Source: an uncultured Gammaproteobacteria bacterium | GTDB taxonomy: Bacteria; Patescibacteriota; Microgenomatia; CAZETR01; Amesbacteraceae | Length of the DNA stretch: 64,000 nt | NCBI GenBank assembly: GCA_964633995.1 | Contig: CAZWKN010000001.1 | Coordinates: 134,527 to 198,526, forward strand | Direction: 5' to 3' | Translations under genes and position numbers: made by a program | The notes under the pieces: generated by a model | The model's input: only the letters and a program-made list of their open reading frames with translations | Database searches by the model: none | What the model was told of the DNA's origin: nothing | Shown: in pieces, positions 53,066 to 61,373 of the stretch | Layout: each line of letters opens with the position of its first letter | Position numbering within the stretch: position 1 is the stretch's first letter

Positions 53066-53248
53066 AAATTATGGCAAAATATTTTTAAAAAATATCCAGT
53101 AAAGCCATTTTTCCAAATACCATTCGTTATGTTCTCTACTGCCCGGGTATTCCCACCACGGCATTTTGTTTGGACGATCTACGGCTCTTTCTGCCATATT
53201 TGTTTGACGCATTACGGGACAAAAACCCACGGTTTTAAATTAATCTCC

Positions 53249-53277
53249 TTGACATTCGGGTTTGTTTCGGATACAAA
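53249..53277 (+). promoter_or_regulatory. Sigma70 promoter with TTCGG-N6-TTCGG direct repeat in the spacer
   Basis: TTGACA-17-TACAAA; spacer reads TTCGGgtttgtTTCGGa. Confidence 0.65.
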
Positions 53278-53284
53278 TAAAGGT

Positions 53285-53533
53285 ATGCAGGATGTAAATG
53301 AAATGGTGGGGGTAGATGTGAGTTTTTGGGGAAGTAGGGTGGTTCCTACTAGATTTGTATGGGATGGCCGTAGACATGATGTAAAAAGAATAAATATGAA
53401 ATTTGAGAGAAAAAACGCCGGAAGAAGGTATTTGTGTTTTGCGTTAGACACGGGAAGTATGTTGGTAGAGCTTGCTATGGATCGGGAAGATTTGAGCTGG
53501 AGGGTCACACGGTGCGCACCATCTTACACGTAG
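53285..53533 (+). CDS. Small putative Y-polymerase accessory protein
   Basis: 82 aa; P..F.W.GR..V..I ... W.V; overlaps the dinB start. Confidence 0.6.
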   Translation: MQDVNEMVGVDVSFWGSRVVPTRFVWDGRRHDVKRINMKFERKNAGRRYLCFALDTGSMLVELAMDREDLSWRVTRCAPSYT

Positions 53534-54720
53534 ACATGAATTCATATTTTGCGACGGCGGAGCAGCAGGCGAACCCTTTTTTGAGGGGGAAACCAATAGG
53601 GGTGATAAAAGCTTTGAACAGGGGGTGCATAATCGCAGCTTCAGTGGAGGCGAAAAAATTTGGAGTGAAAACCGGCATGAATGTGTGGGATGCCAAGAAG
53701 AAATGCCCGCATATTATTTTGGTACCGTCGGATATGGACAAATATTTTTCTATTACTTGCGGGATGGTGGAAATTTTGAAATCCTACTCCCCTGTCCTGG
53801 AAATTTTTTCAATAGATGAATGTTTTTTAGATGTGACGCAGACAAAAGGTTTATATTGTGGAGGTGCGTGGGAAATGGCTTTGGAGATAAAGAAACGGAT
53901 TAGGGAAGAGTTGGGAGAGTGGATGAAATGTTCGGTGGGGATTGGCTTTTCCAAAATTGTGGCTAAGTTGGCATCTGAAATGCACAAGCCTGACGGATTA
54001 ACATGGTTGACGGTTGATAACTATCTTGAAAAGACTGAAAGTGTAGAAGTTTCTGAGGTGTGTGGAATTGGGTTTTCCCGGACGGCGTATTTAAGAACCA
54101 GGGGGGCTTTTACGTTGGGACAAGCAAGAAGATTGGAGTTGCCTGAGGAGATAAAAGATTTGGTTTTTTTGAGAAACGATGACGATTTGGTAACTGTTTC
54201 GGAGTTGGAAGCTGCTAAGAGTGTGTCGAGAACATACACCACATATAAAACTCTAAACTCTAAATTCGAAATTCTAAAATTGGTGAGAAATTTGGTGGAA
54301 GAAGTGTGTGCCAAATTAAGAGAAATGGAAATGGTGGGGAGAACTTTTATTTTAAGTTTATCAGGTAACAGTTGCCAGTCCTGCCTGCCGGCAGGCAGGT
54401 TTTCAGTTAGGAAAACGATAAATACACCGACAGACGATCCCCTTCTTATTTATGATTTGTTCGTTAGGGAATATGAAAGAAATACAGTAACAGAAGTTAG
54501 GCAAGCGGGGGTGTGGGTGACAAATTTAATGGACAATGGCCAATTGACAATTGACAGGTCGAGAACAAGTTTGTTGGGGTCGGTAGATAAGGTCAATCAA
54601 AAATTTGGATTGTTTACGTTGTATCCGGCTAGTTTGTTGGGAAATGTTTTGATCAGACCTGAAGTGACTGGTTTTTTGGGAGATAAGTGGTATAGACTAG
54701 GTGGGCCGAAGAGGACTTGA
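53512..54720 (+). CDS. dinB: Y-family DNA polymerase IV
   Basis: HVDMNSYFA, SIDE, AKLAS..KPDG, GIG; 3' end overlaps tRNA-Leu(CAG) antisense. Confidence 0.92.
   Translation: MRTILHVDMNSYFATAEQQANPFLRGKPIGVIKALNRGCIIAASVEAKKFGVKTGMNVWDAKKKCPHIILVPSDMDKYFSITCGMVEILKSYSPVLEIFSIDECFLDVTQTKGLYCGGAWEMALEIKKRIREELGEWMKCSVGIGFSKIVAKLASEMHKPDGLTWLTVDNYLEKTESVEVSEVCGIGFSRTAYLRTRGAFTLGQARRLELPEEIKDLVFLRNDDDLVTVSELEAAKSVSRTYTTYKTLNSKFEILKLVRNLVEEVCAKLREMEMVGRTFILSLSGNSCQSCLPAGRFSVRKTINTPTDDPLLIYDLFVREYERNTVTEVRQAGVWVTNLMDNGQLTIDRSRTSLLGSVDKVNQKFGLFTLYPASLLGNVLIRPEVTGFLGDKWYRLGGPKRT
54380..54399. repeat. Perfect 20-bp palindrome CCTGCCTGCCGGCAGGCAGG inside dinB
   Basis: Identical copy at 63092-63111. Confidence 0.9.
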
Positions 54721-54783
54721 ACCTCCATGCCTTGCGGCATACGCTTCTGAAGCGTACGTGTATACCAGTTTCACCATCGGCCC
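54702..54783 (-). tRNA. tRNA-Leu(CAG)
   Basis: TACGC-TT-CAG-AA-GCGTA; long variable arm. Confidence 0.95.
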
Positions 54784-54987
54784 AGAAATATGGCATTTGA
54801 GACTGCGCTTCTCAAATCCTCTTCGAGATCTTTGCGATGCTCGCTTTCAAATGCCTGGCAGCATTATATTTCTTTTTTTCCCATAGAAAAAGCCCCGGCT
54901 CCTGCCCGATGCCGAGGCTTTTATAATCCCGCCGCCAGACCTTTCGACCTAGCCGCAGAACCTAAATGCATTGTAGCCACTATAGGG

Positions 54988-55752
54988 CTATTTGTCAATA
55001 TTTAAGGATGAGGGCTTGTGGGCCATTATGAAGATGCTTGGGCCAAAATTGAATTTTGATGCTAGATCTTGGATTCTGGATTCTAGGATGAGTAGTAGTT
55101 TAAGGGGTAAGATTTGCTTGATGAATCCCGAGCGAAAGTTGGAGACCGAAAGCGTTTTTTCTAGAATGAAACCTGTTTTGGTAAGCAGCTTTATGATTGA
55201 TTCAGGGTGGTGATTAACAAAGGGAATTGTTTTTTTTCTGATATTAGTGTTGCTTCGTTTTTCGATTGGGGCAGTAGGTATGGGAATGCCGGTAATAAGG
55301 CTGTGAAGACGGGCTTTGAAGTGGATGGAATTAGCAAATTCGAGAATCAAGGTACCTCCAGGTTTGAGAATTCGGAAAAGCTCTTGGACTGATTTTTCGG
55401 GTTGGGGTAGGTGGTGCATGACCCTAACCATGAGTACTAAGTCCAAAGATGAGTCAGTAAGATGTGTTTGTTGGGCGGTTCCAGAGATGATAGATGTGTT
55501 TTTGAGGTGATCAAGAGTTTTTTTGGCCAATTGACGCTGTTTGTTTGATGGTTCTACTAGATAAGTTTTTTTGCTAAATCGGGAAATGAGACTAGTGAGG
55601 CGGCCGTAACCTCCGCCTATATCGGCGCTGGAATCATACCTGAAAGAGCCGATGAGCTTGGTTATGGCTAGGACCTCACATTCGTGTTCGTAATCACGCC
55701 CTGACCAATAATTCTGATAGAAAAATTTTGGATCGTCGTAATGGGCTGGCAT
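54988..55752 (-). CDS. Class I SAM-dependent methyltransferase
   Basis: DIGGGYGR, HHL, RILKPGG.LI. Confidence 0.9.
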   Translation of the reverse strand: MPAHYDDPKFFYQNYWSGRDYEHECEVLAITKLIGSFRYDSSADIGGGYGRLTSLISRFSKKTYLVEPSNKQRQLAKKTLDHLKNTSIISGTAQQTHLTDSSLDLVLMVRVMHHLPQPEKSVQELFRILKPGGTLILEFANSIHFKARLHSLITGIPIPTAPIEKRSNTNIRKKTIPFVNHHPESIIKLLTKTGFILEKTLSVSNFRSGFIKQILPLKLLLILESRIQDLASKFNFGPSIFIMAHKPSSLNIDK

Positions 55753-55768
55753 AGAATGAAAGTGTATT

Positions 55769-56332
55769 TTACTCCAGGTCGTCTAAGAATTGCGAAACTC
55801 CCTTTGCCCACGAGCCTTGGGATGGTGGGGTATATTTGGCCATAATTTTTTCTGGAGTGTCGAGACCCTTGTCTAAGTATTGTTTTTTTAGAGTTTTGGC
55901 GACAGTTTCCATGGCTTGAGGGTAATTGTCGAAGCGGGTGACTAGGGTGCCATAGATGCCAAAACCCCAACAATTGTGTGAATTTTCAGGAATCTTTTTG
56001 CATAAATTGGATTCTTGTTGAGCAATGGCTACCAAAAGTCGGTAGTCTAATGAATATTTGTCGCTGGTTTGGACAATAGTTTCGGCATAAGGAACAAGGG
56101 GTGAGTTGTAACGTGTTAAATACTTTTTGATGATTACCGGTCTGGCGTCGGAAGTGGTGGCCTGACCGTGGATTTCGGGAAGGATTTGGAGTGGGGATGA
56201 TTCACTGGATGCACCCAACACTTGGGGTACGATGGAGGGTGTTTGAGAGACGTTAAGGAGAATAAAACCTGAAACTAAGATTACAAGAGGGGCTCCGGTA
56301 GCAAAAGCAATTATTGACAGGATTTTTTTCAT
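55769..56332 (-). CDS. Secreted lysozyme-like/glucosaminidase-like protein
   Basis: TM; LL.AIA.QES, N.WG.G, KYTPP, W..GV. Confidence 0.7.
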   Translation of the reverse strand: MKKILSIIAFATGAPLVILVSGFILLNVSQTPSIVPQVLGASSESSPLQILPEIHGQATTSDARPVIIKKYLTRYNSPLVPYAETIVQTSDKYSLDYRLLVAIAQQESNLCKKIPENSHNCWGFGIYGTLVTRFDNYPQAMETVAKTLKKQYLDKGLDTPEKIMAKYTPPSQGSWAKGVSQFLDDLE

Positions 56333-56336
56333 GCTG

Positions 56337-56410
56337 TGGACGATGAGGGATTCGAACCCCCGACCTCCTCAGTGTAAATGAGGCGCTCTAACCAACTGAG
56401 CTAATCGTCC
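56337..56410 (-). tRNA. tRNA-Val(TAC)
   Basis: CCTCA-TT-TAC-AC-TGAGG; GGTTCGAATCC. Confidence 0.95.
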
Positions 56411-56426
56411 ATCCCTTCTTTATTTG

Positions 56427-56497
56427 AGCGGCTAACGGGAATCGAACCCGTATCTCATCCTTGGCAAGGACGTGTTCTACCACTGAACCATAGCCGC
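56427..56497 (-). tRNA. tRNA-Gly(GCC)
   Basis: GTCCT-TGCCA-AGGAT anticodon arm; GGTTCGATTCC. Confidence 0.95.
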
Positions 56498-56603
56498 GAA
56501 TCTGCGATTCGCGTTGAAAGGAACCTACTATTCGTTTACACTCATAGATCCTTTCATATCCCTTCGCCAATTGTTATTGGCTGGTGATAGCCGCATTGCG
56601 GTG

Positions 56604-56676
56604 TGCCGAGAGAGGGAATCGAACCCCCATGAAGCGCTCTTCAGGCGCCCGCCGTGACCAACTTGGCTATCTCGGC
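56604..56676 (-). tRNA. tRNA-Phe(GAA)
   Basis: GGCGC-CT-GAA-GA-GCGCT; GCCGAGA acceptor stem. Confidence 0.92.
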
Positions 56677-56705
56677 TTGGTCTGTATTATATAATATTAG
56701 CAGAT

Positions 56706-56787
56706 GGGCCGATGGTGAAACTGGTATACACGCAGGTTTTAGGAACCTGTCCCGCAAGGGGTGGAGGTTCAAGTCCTCTTCGGCCCA
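56706..56787 (+). tRNA. tRNA-Leu(TAG)
   Basis: CAGGT-TT-TAG-GA-ACCTG. Confidence 0.95.
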
Positions 56788-56815
56788 CTCTGATATATAA
56801 TATAGCTTGTTTTCC

Positions 56816-56897
56816 GGGCCGATGGTGAAACTGGTATACACGTACGCTTGAGGTGCGTATGCCGTAAGGCGTGGAGGTTCAAGTCCTCTTCGGCCCA
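56816..56897 (+). tRNA. tRNA-Leu(GAG)
   Basis: TACGC-TT-GAG-GT-GCGTA. Confidence 0.95.
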
Positions 56898-56915
56898 CAT
56901 AAACAAAATATATAT

Positions 56916-57000
56916 GCCGAGGTGGCGAAATGGTATACGCAGGGGCCTTAAGAGCCCCCGAGGTTAACCCCTCATGCGGGTTCGAGTCCCGCCCTCGGCA
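56916..57000 (+). tRNA. tRNA-Leu(TAA)
   Basis: GGGGC-CT-TAA-GA-GCCCC. Confidence 0.95.
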
Positions 57001-57003
57001 CAC

Positions 57004-57141
57004 ATGAAACAGATAATATTTGTCACGGGAAATCAGATGAAGGTTCGGCACGCTAATGAAGCAGTCAGGGATTTCGGTTATGAATTTGTAGCGAAAAAAT
57101 TGGAGATTATTGAGCCCCTTGAAGAAGAGTTTGTGAAGTGA
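57004..57141 (+). pseudogene. Truncated Ham1/ITPase-like N-terminal fragment (45 aa)
   Basis: MKQIIFVTGNQMKVRHA...LEIIEP matches the Ham1 start motif F.TGN..K, then stops. Confidence 0.6.
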
Positions 57142-57455
57142 CTCAAATCAGTGATGTAGCTCCCGACTGCCGGGTATTTGAGGTCTGCCAAAAGAGTTTA
57201 CGGAAACACCGCCTTCGTGATCAGCAGCTATTCTGTATCTGGTGCCACCGACTTGGCGTTCCCGAGTTATTTCTGATATTCCCCACTCCCTGAATTTGAT
57301 CTCGCTTCTGCTACAACTGCCTGAACCACGGTCCAAAGTGTCCTATTTCCTGCCATGTGGAGAAATATAACACGATGTGGAAAATTGTGCAAAAAGAACT
57401 ATATAAAAAAAGATATTAAGTAGATTATTGGGCTTTGATAGGCTATAATCTTTGG

Positions 57456-58085
57456 ATGGTTAAAAAGTTATTAATTACCGGCGGTATGCATGGAGACGAG
57501 TCTGAGACCGCAATATTGGTGCAAAAAATTATAACCGAAAATCCAGATAAGTTTGCCGGGGTGACATATATCCCCTTTTTGAGTCCGAGCGCGTGTGCGG
57601 CAAAGACCCGTAAAAATGCAAGAGGATTGGATTTGAACCGAAGTTTTATCGAATTATGCAATGACCCGGAGGTTTTAAGTGCTAAAAATAGTGTGAGGGG
57701 AAAAAAGTTTGATTTGGCAGTAGATTTTCATGAGGATAGAGATAGAAAACGGGGATTTTATGTTTATGATAATAATGGAGAAATGTCTGACGTGGAGAAG
57801 CTGCAATTGTGTGAGTTGGTGGAGCGGTGTGGATTGAAAATGTTTAGCGGGATAGATGACCCAGATGATATTCATTTGGGGGTAAAAGTGATTGATGGCT
57901 ATGTGCGGACACCTTTTGACAAAGCCGATCCAAATGCTGGTTTTTGGTCTACGTGGCTGATTGGGAGTGGGATATGCCCAAGGGTATTGGATCCGGAGAT
58001 ACCGGGTAAGGCTTCTTTGGAAACTAAGGAGCTGATAGTGGCTGGACTACTGGATTTGGTGTTGGGCTGGTATGAAAGAAACTGA
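57456..58085 (+). CDS. M14/succinylglutamate desuccinylase-like Zn carboxypeptidase
   Basis: GGMHGDE, DLNRSF, DFHED, E.P. Confidence 0.85.
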   Translation: MVKKLLITGGMHGDESETAILVQKIITENPDKFAGVTYIPFLSPSACAAKTRKNARGLDLNRSFIELCNDPEVLSAKNSVRGKKFDLAVDFHEDRDRKRGFYVYDNNGEMSDVEKLQLCELVERCGLKMFSGIDDPDDIHLGVKVIDGYVRTPFDKADPNAGFWSTWLIGSGICPRVLDPEIPGKASLETKELIVAGLLDLVLGWYERN

Positions 58086-58169
58086 CCTTTCGTAAAAGCT
58101 CAAGGATTCTTTCATATATCTCGCTATGCTCGCTATAAAATAGCTTTCTTTGCGGGTATAATTAATTAT

Positions 58170-58247
58170 CGGGGTGTATCGGAAGGACTTGGGGCCCCTG
58201 CCCCAAAACTTCCTCTATCTCTCGCAAAGCTCGTGATAATTCATCGG
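58170..58247 (+). repeat. tRNA-Pro 5' fragment interrupted by a hairpin insert
   Basis: CGGGGTGTA[TCGGAAGGACTTGGGGCCCCTGCCCCAAAACTTCCTCTA...]TAATTCATCGG; near-identical insert at 63399-63438. Confidence 0.75.
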
Positions 58248-58258
58248 CTTGAAAATTT

Positions 58259-58330
58259 CGGGGTGTAATTCATCGGTAGAATGCTCGGTTTGGGACCGAG
58301 ATGCACGGGGTTCAATTCCCCGCACCCCGA
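58259..58330 (+). tRNA. tRNA-Pro(TGG)
   Basis: CTCGG-TT-TGG-GA-CCGAG; CGGGGTG acceptor stem. Confidence 0.92.
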
Positions 58331-58367
58331 CAGATAGATATTTTTTTGATATATAGGTTAAAATCAA

Positions 58368-58838
58368 GTGGTGAGTAGCCTTGACGTATTATTGAGAAAA
58401 TCGGGTAAGACGTTTTTGTCGATTTTTGCGGTCTCAGCTATTTTGCCGGTGATGCTGTTTGGGGTATTGGGAAAGGGAAATTTCAACTTTTTGACCAAGG
58501 CTGATCAGCCAACAGAACTTCAGATTTGGTTTGAACCGGATGAAGTTGTTTCCCGAGTTGGTCTGCCTGTACGGGTAAAGGTAATGGGACTGTATGATGA
58601 CAAGGCCAGATTAATTCCCAGTGTAGAAGCGGTTGTGGATGGCGGTGGGGAGGTGGCGATTTTTCCATCAAAAATTGAATACGGGACAGCATTTACCGGG
58701 CAAGTAGTCTTGGGTGAAATTAGTTTGGTTTCAAAGTCTATGGGAAAGTATGAGGTAACAATTCCTCAGGAGAAGGTTTTTACCGGTTTGCCCAATTTGA
58801 CGATTTTGTCCAGCCCATTGACGGTTGTCGCTAAATAG
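58368..58838 (+). CDS. Hypothetical membrane-anchored beta-rich protein
   Basis: TM followed by F..KA and a beta-rich domain. Confidence 0.55.
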   Translation: MVSSLDVLLRKSGKTFLSIFAVSAILPVMLFGVLGKGNFNFLTKADQPTELQIWFEPDEVVSRVGLPVRVKVMGLYDDKARLIPSVEAVVDGGGEVAIFPSKIEYGTAFTGQVVLGEISLVSKSMGKYEVTIPQEKVFTGLPNLTILSSPLTVVAK

Positions 58839-58845
58839 ATTTTTT

Positions 58846-59283
58846 ATGAAATTAAATCCTGCCCTGACACTTATAGAAGTACTTGTGGTGACGGCATTGA
58901 TTGCAGCTTTTTCGGTTGGGTCGTTGATTGCGTATTTTAATATTCAAAGCAAGCAGGCTCTGCAGTCGTCTGTGGATAGATTTGCCAACGTGGCCAAGAG
59001 TGCCAGAATTTACGCAAGGGAAAGCAAGGGAGGAAAGGCGTGGGGAGTTAAATCGGTTGATTCTAAATCTTATTCTTTAGTTTCCGGAAAAAAAGAGGCA
59101 CCTGTCTTGGAGGGGCAGTATGGACTTGAATCGCCCGTTGAGTTTGACTCGGGGTTTGAATTTTGGTTTAACCAGGGCGAGGGTACATTGAACGATCCGG
59201 TCTCGGTTAGGTTTAGGGTGGAGAGAAACGCTACGTATAAACAAGTGGATATTTCTTTGACGGGAGTCGTTCAGATTTTATAG
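58846..59283 (+). CDS. Minor pilin (FimT-like), second cassette
   Basis: A|LTLIEVLVV. Confidence 0.8.
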   Translation: MKLNPALTLIEVLVVTALIAAFSVGSLIAYFNIQSKQALQSSVDRFANVAKSARIYARESKGGKAWGVKSVDSKSYSLVSGKKEAPVLEGQYGLESPVEFDSGFEFWFNQGEGTLNDPVSVRFRVERNATYKQVDISLTGVVQIL

Positions 59284-59284
59284 T

Positions 59285-59773
59285 ATGAAAAAAGGAACTA
59301 CTCTATTAGAAGTATTAATATCGTTGGCCATCTTGGGGATTTTGATGGGAAGTTTTTTCCCGACAGTGGCTTTTTTGACACGCCAGTCAAGAAAATTTCA
59401 ATATGACAGTGAGGCTTCTTCTGTACTACAAGAAGGAATGGAAATTGCTTATAACGTTTTTTTGACTAACTGGAATGCAGTGAGTGACACAGGGACATAT
59501 CATCCGGTTTTGAATGCAAGTGTGGACCCTAACATATGGGGTTTGGAACCGGACGAAAAGATGGTTCGGTCGAGGTATACAAGAAAAATAGAGGTATTTC
59601 GGGTATGCAGAAATTTGAGTTCTGGTCAACAAAAAACAGGAGAATGTATAAGTGGTAACGACTATGATCTCAATAGCAGGTTAATCAAGACAACTGTTAT
59701 CTGGAAAGAAAATCAGGTAGATAGGGAAATTGCGTCCGAATTGTTAATTACTAGATTGCCGGATAATTTATGA
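59285..59773 (+). CDS. Minor pilin (PilV-like)
   Basis: KKG|TTLLEVLIS; EGME; V.W. Confidence 0.82.
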   Translation: MKKGTTLLEVLISLAILGILMGSFFPTVAFLTRQSRKFQYDSEASSVLQEGMEIAYNVFLTNWNAVSDTGTYHPVLNASVDPNIWGLEPDEKMVRSRYTRKIEVFRVCRNLSSGQQKTGECISGNDYDLNSRLIKTTVIWKENQVDREIASELLITRLPDNL

Positions 59774-60222
59774 AGAAGGGATTTACATTAATAGAATTAT
59801 TGTTGGCTGTTTCTTTGTCGGGGGTAATTTTTGTCGTAGTGAGTTCCCTGCTTATGTTTGTGGTAACTTCTGACTTAAAAAATAAACGCCAAGAAGCCTT
59901 TGAACAAGTGAAAAACGATATGCAAATAGAACTATCGAACGCTGTAAGATGGGGGAAGGAGATCTCGTATAGTGCGGGAGAACTAGTGATAGATGGGGTT
60001 ACGTACCGACTGTTGGATGGGCGGATGTATAAAAATGCCGACCCGATCACATCAGCCGGAGTAACTATAAAAAGTTTCGGAATAAACAACTTCAGTAATG
60101 ACCTGCGGTATGTGAGCCTTAGTATTGACCTTGAGATGGAAGATAGAAGTTATGCACTATCAAACGACGTATTGACCATAGTTGTTTCTCAAAGGAAAAC
60201 GCAGTTGGGAGAGAGTATATGA
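59770..60222 (+). CDS. Minor pilin (PilW-like)
   Basis: KKG|FTLIELL. Confidence 0.85.
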   Translation: MKKGFTLIELLLAVSLSGVIFVVVSSLLMFVVTSDLKNKRQEAFEQVKNDMQIELSNAVRWGKEISYSAGELVIDGVTYRLLDGRMYKNADPITSAGVTIKSFGINNFSNDLRYVSLSIDLEMEDRSYALSNDVLTIVVSQRKTQLGESI

Positions 60223-61373
60223 GAAAGGGGTTTTCGAGTTTGATTGTTATCTTTGTTTTGTCTGTTGTAGCTATGTTTGTTTTTGTAGCCTGGCAATCAC
60301 GGATATTACTGTCTATTTCTAGGAGCCAGTCGTTATCTGATATGTTGAAATCTACTTACATTGCGGAATCGTGGATTAATGACGTGATAGCGCGATTTGT
60401 TGGCAATTATCCTGCTGCGTTTAGTTTTCCTTTTCTAAATACCAACACACTTGGGGATGGGACGGTGGTGAAGTCTGAAGGGGTGTCCGGCGAAGGAGTC
60501 GAAAAAATTAAAGTTACTGCCTCGAGGCAATTTGCATCCAGTGGAATAGAGCTGGAAAGACGGACTACGGCGTTGCCGGTGAATGCCATAGATAATGTAA
60601 AAATAGTTTTGAACATTGACTGCACCAGAAGCATGAACAACAAAGCAGATGCGGCGTGTACGACTGGGTGCACTAGCAGAATGCATGAAGCAAAGTTGGC
60701 GGCCAGAAATTTTGCAGAAGCCGTAAAACAATTTAATACCACACACGCCGCTCCGGTGTTGGAGTTGGGTTTATCGACATTTGCGTTAAATAGTAAATGG
60801 GTGACGGATTCGGTGGGAAATGAATTGGTCCCCGGAAGCGATATCGATAGAATTATAGAAGGTATTGATGATAACTTTTCGGACACTCAGGAGGACAGCA
60901 GGGCATGCAGATCCCCTCTTAACAGTGGGGCTACTAATATTGGTGTAGGGCTGGAGTTTATGAATAATTATTTTGTGGGCGTAGGAGCAAATATTCGGGA
61001 AAAAAGGATCGAAGTGGTAATTACCGATGGGGAGCCTAATTCGACTAACGTGAATGATTATTGTGGCGCTACCTCTTGCACTTTGCACTGTGCTGATGCT
61101 GCCAGAAGACTTCTGGCTTGTGATTTGGCAAAAGATAGTGTGTTGGTAAGTGAGGTGGGTAAGCTTGGTCTACGGCCGGAGGGGGTGGAGGCGTATTCGG
61201 TTACAATCTCTAATGAAGTAGCCCAGGAAACTAAGGATATTTTGACGAGTTATTCTAATCAGTATTTTGATTCTGCCAACGCAACGAAATTAAATGGGGT
61301 ATTACAAACATTGCTGTCACAAATAATTGAAAGTTCCAGCGGTATCACAATCAGGAGGGTGTTACCTTTATGA
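60219..61373 (+). CDS. PilX-like pilin fused to a VWA domain
   Basis: RKG|FSSL; MIDAS-like DCTRS, T.IG.G, ITDGEP. Confidence 0.82.
   Translation: MRKGFSSLIVIFVLSVVAMFVFVAWQSRILLSISRSQSLSDMLKSTYIAESWINDVIARFVGNYPAAFSFPFLNTNTLGDGTVVKSEGVSGEGVEKIKVTASRQFASSGIELERRTTALPVNAIDNVKIVLNIDCTRSMNNKADAACTTGCTSRMHEAKLAARNFAEAVKQFNTTHAAPVLELGLSTFALNSKWVTDSVGNELVPGSDIDRIIEGIDDNFSDTQEDSRACRSPLNSGATNIGVGLEFMNNYFVGVGANIREKRIEVVITDGEPNSTNVNDYCGATSCTLHCADAARRLLACDLAKDSVLVSEVGKLGLRPEGVEAYSVTISNEVAQETKDILTSYSNQYFDSANATKLNGVLQTLLSQIIESSSGITIRRVLPL

Noticed and set aside
56706-56897. Repeated ~25-nt blocks resembling a CRISPR array
   Set aside because: They are the conserved arms of tandem tRNA-Leu genes; no cas genes are present.
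56388-57051. ORFs 56388-56570 and 56641-57051 in the ORF track
   Set aside because: They are translations across tRNA genes.
57148-57336. 62-aa minus-strand ORF or ncRNA
   Set aside because: No recognisable motif, weak start and no convincing fold.
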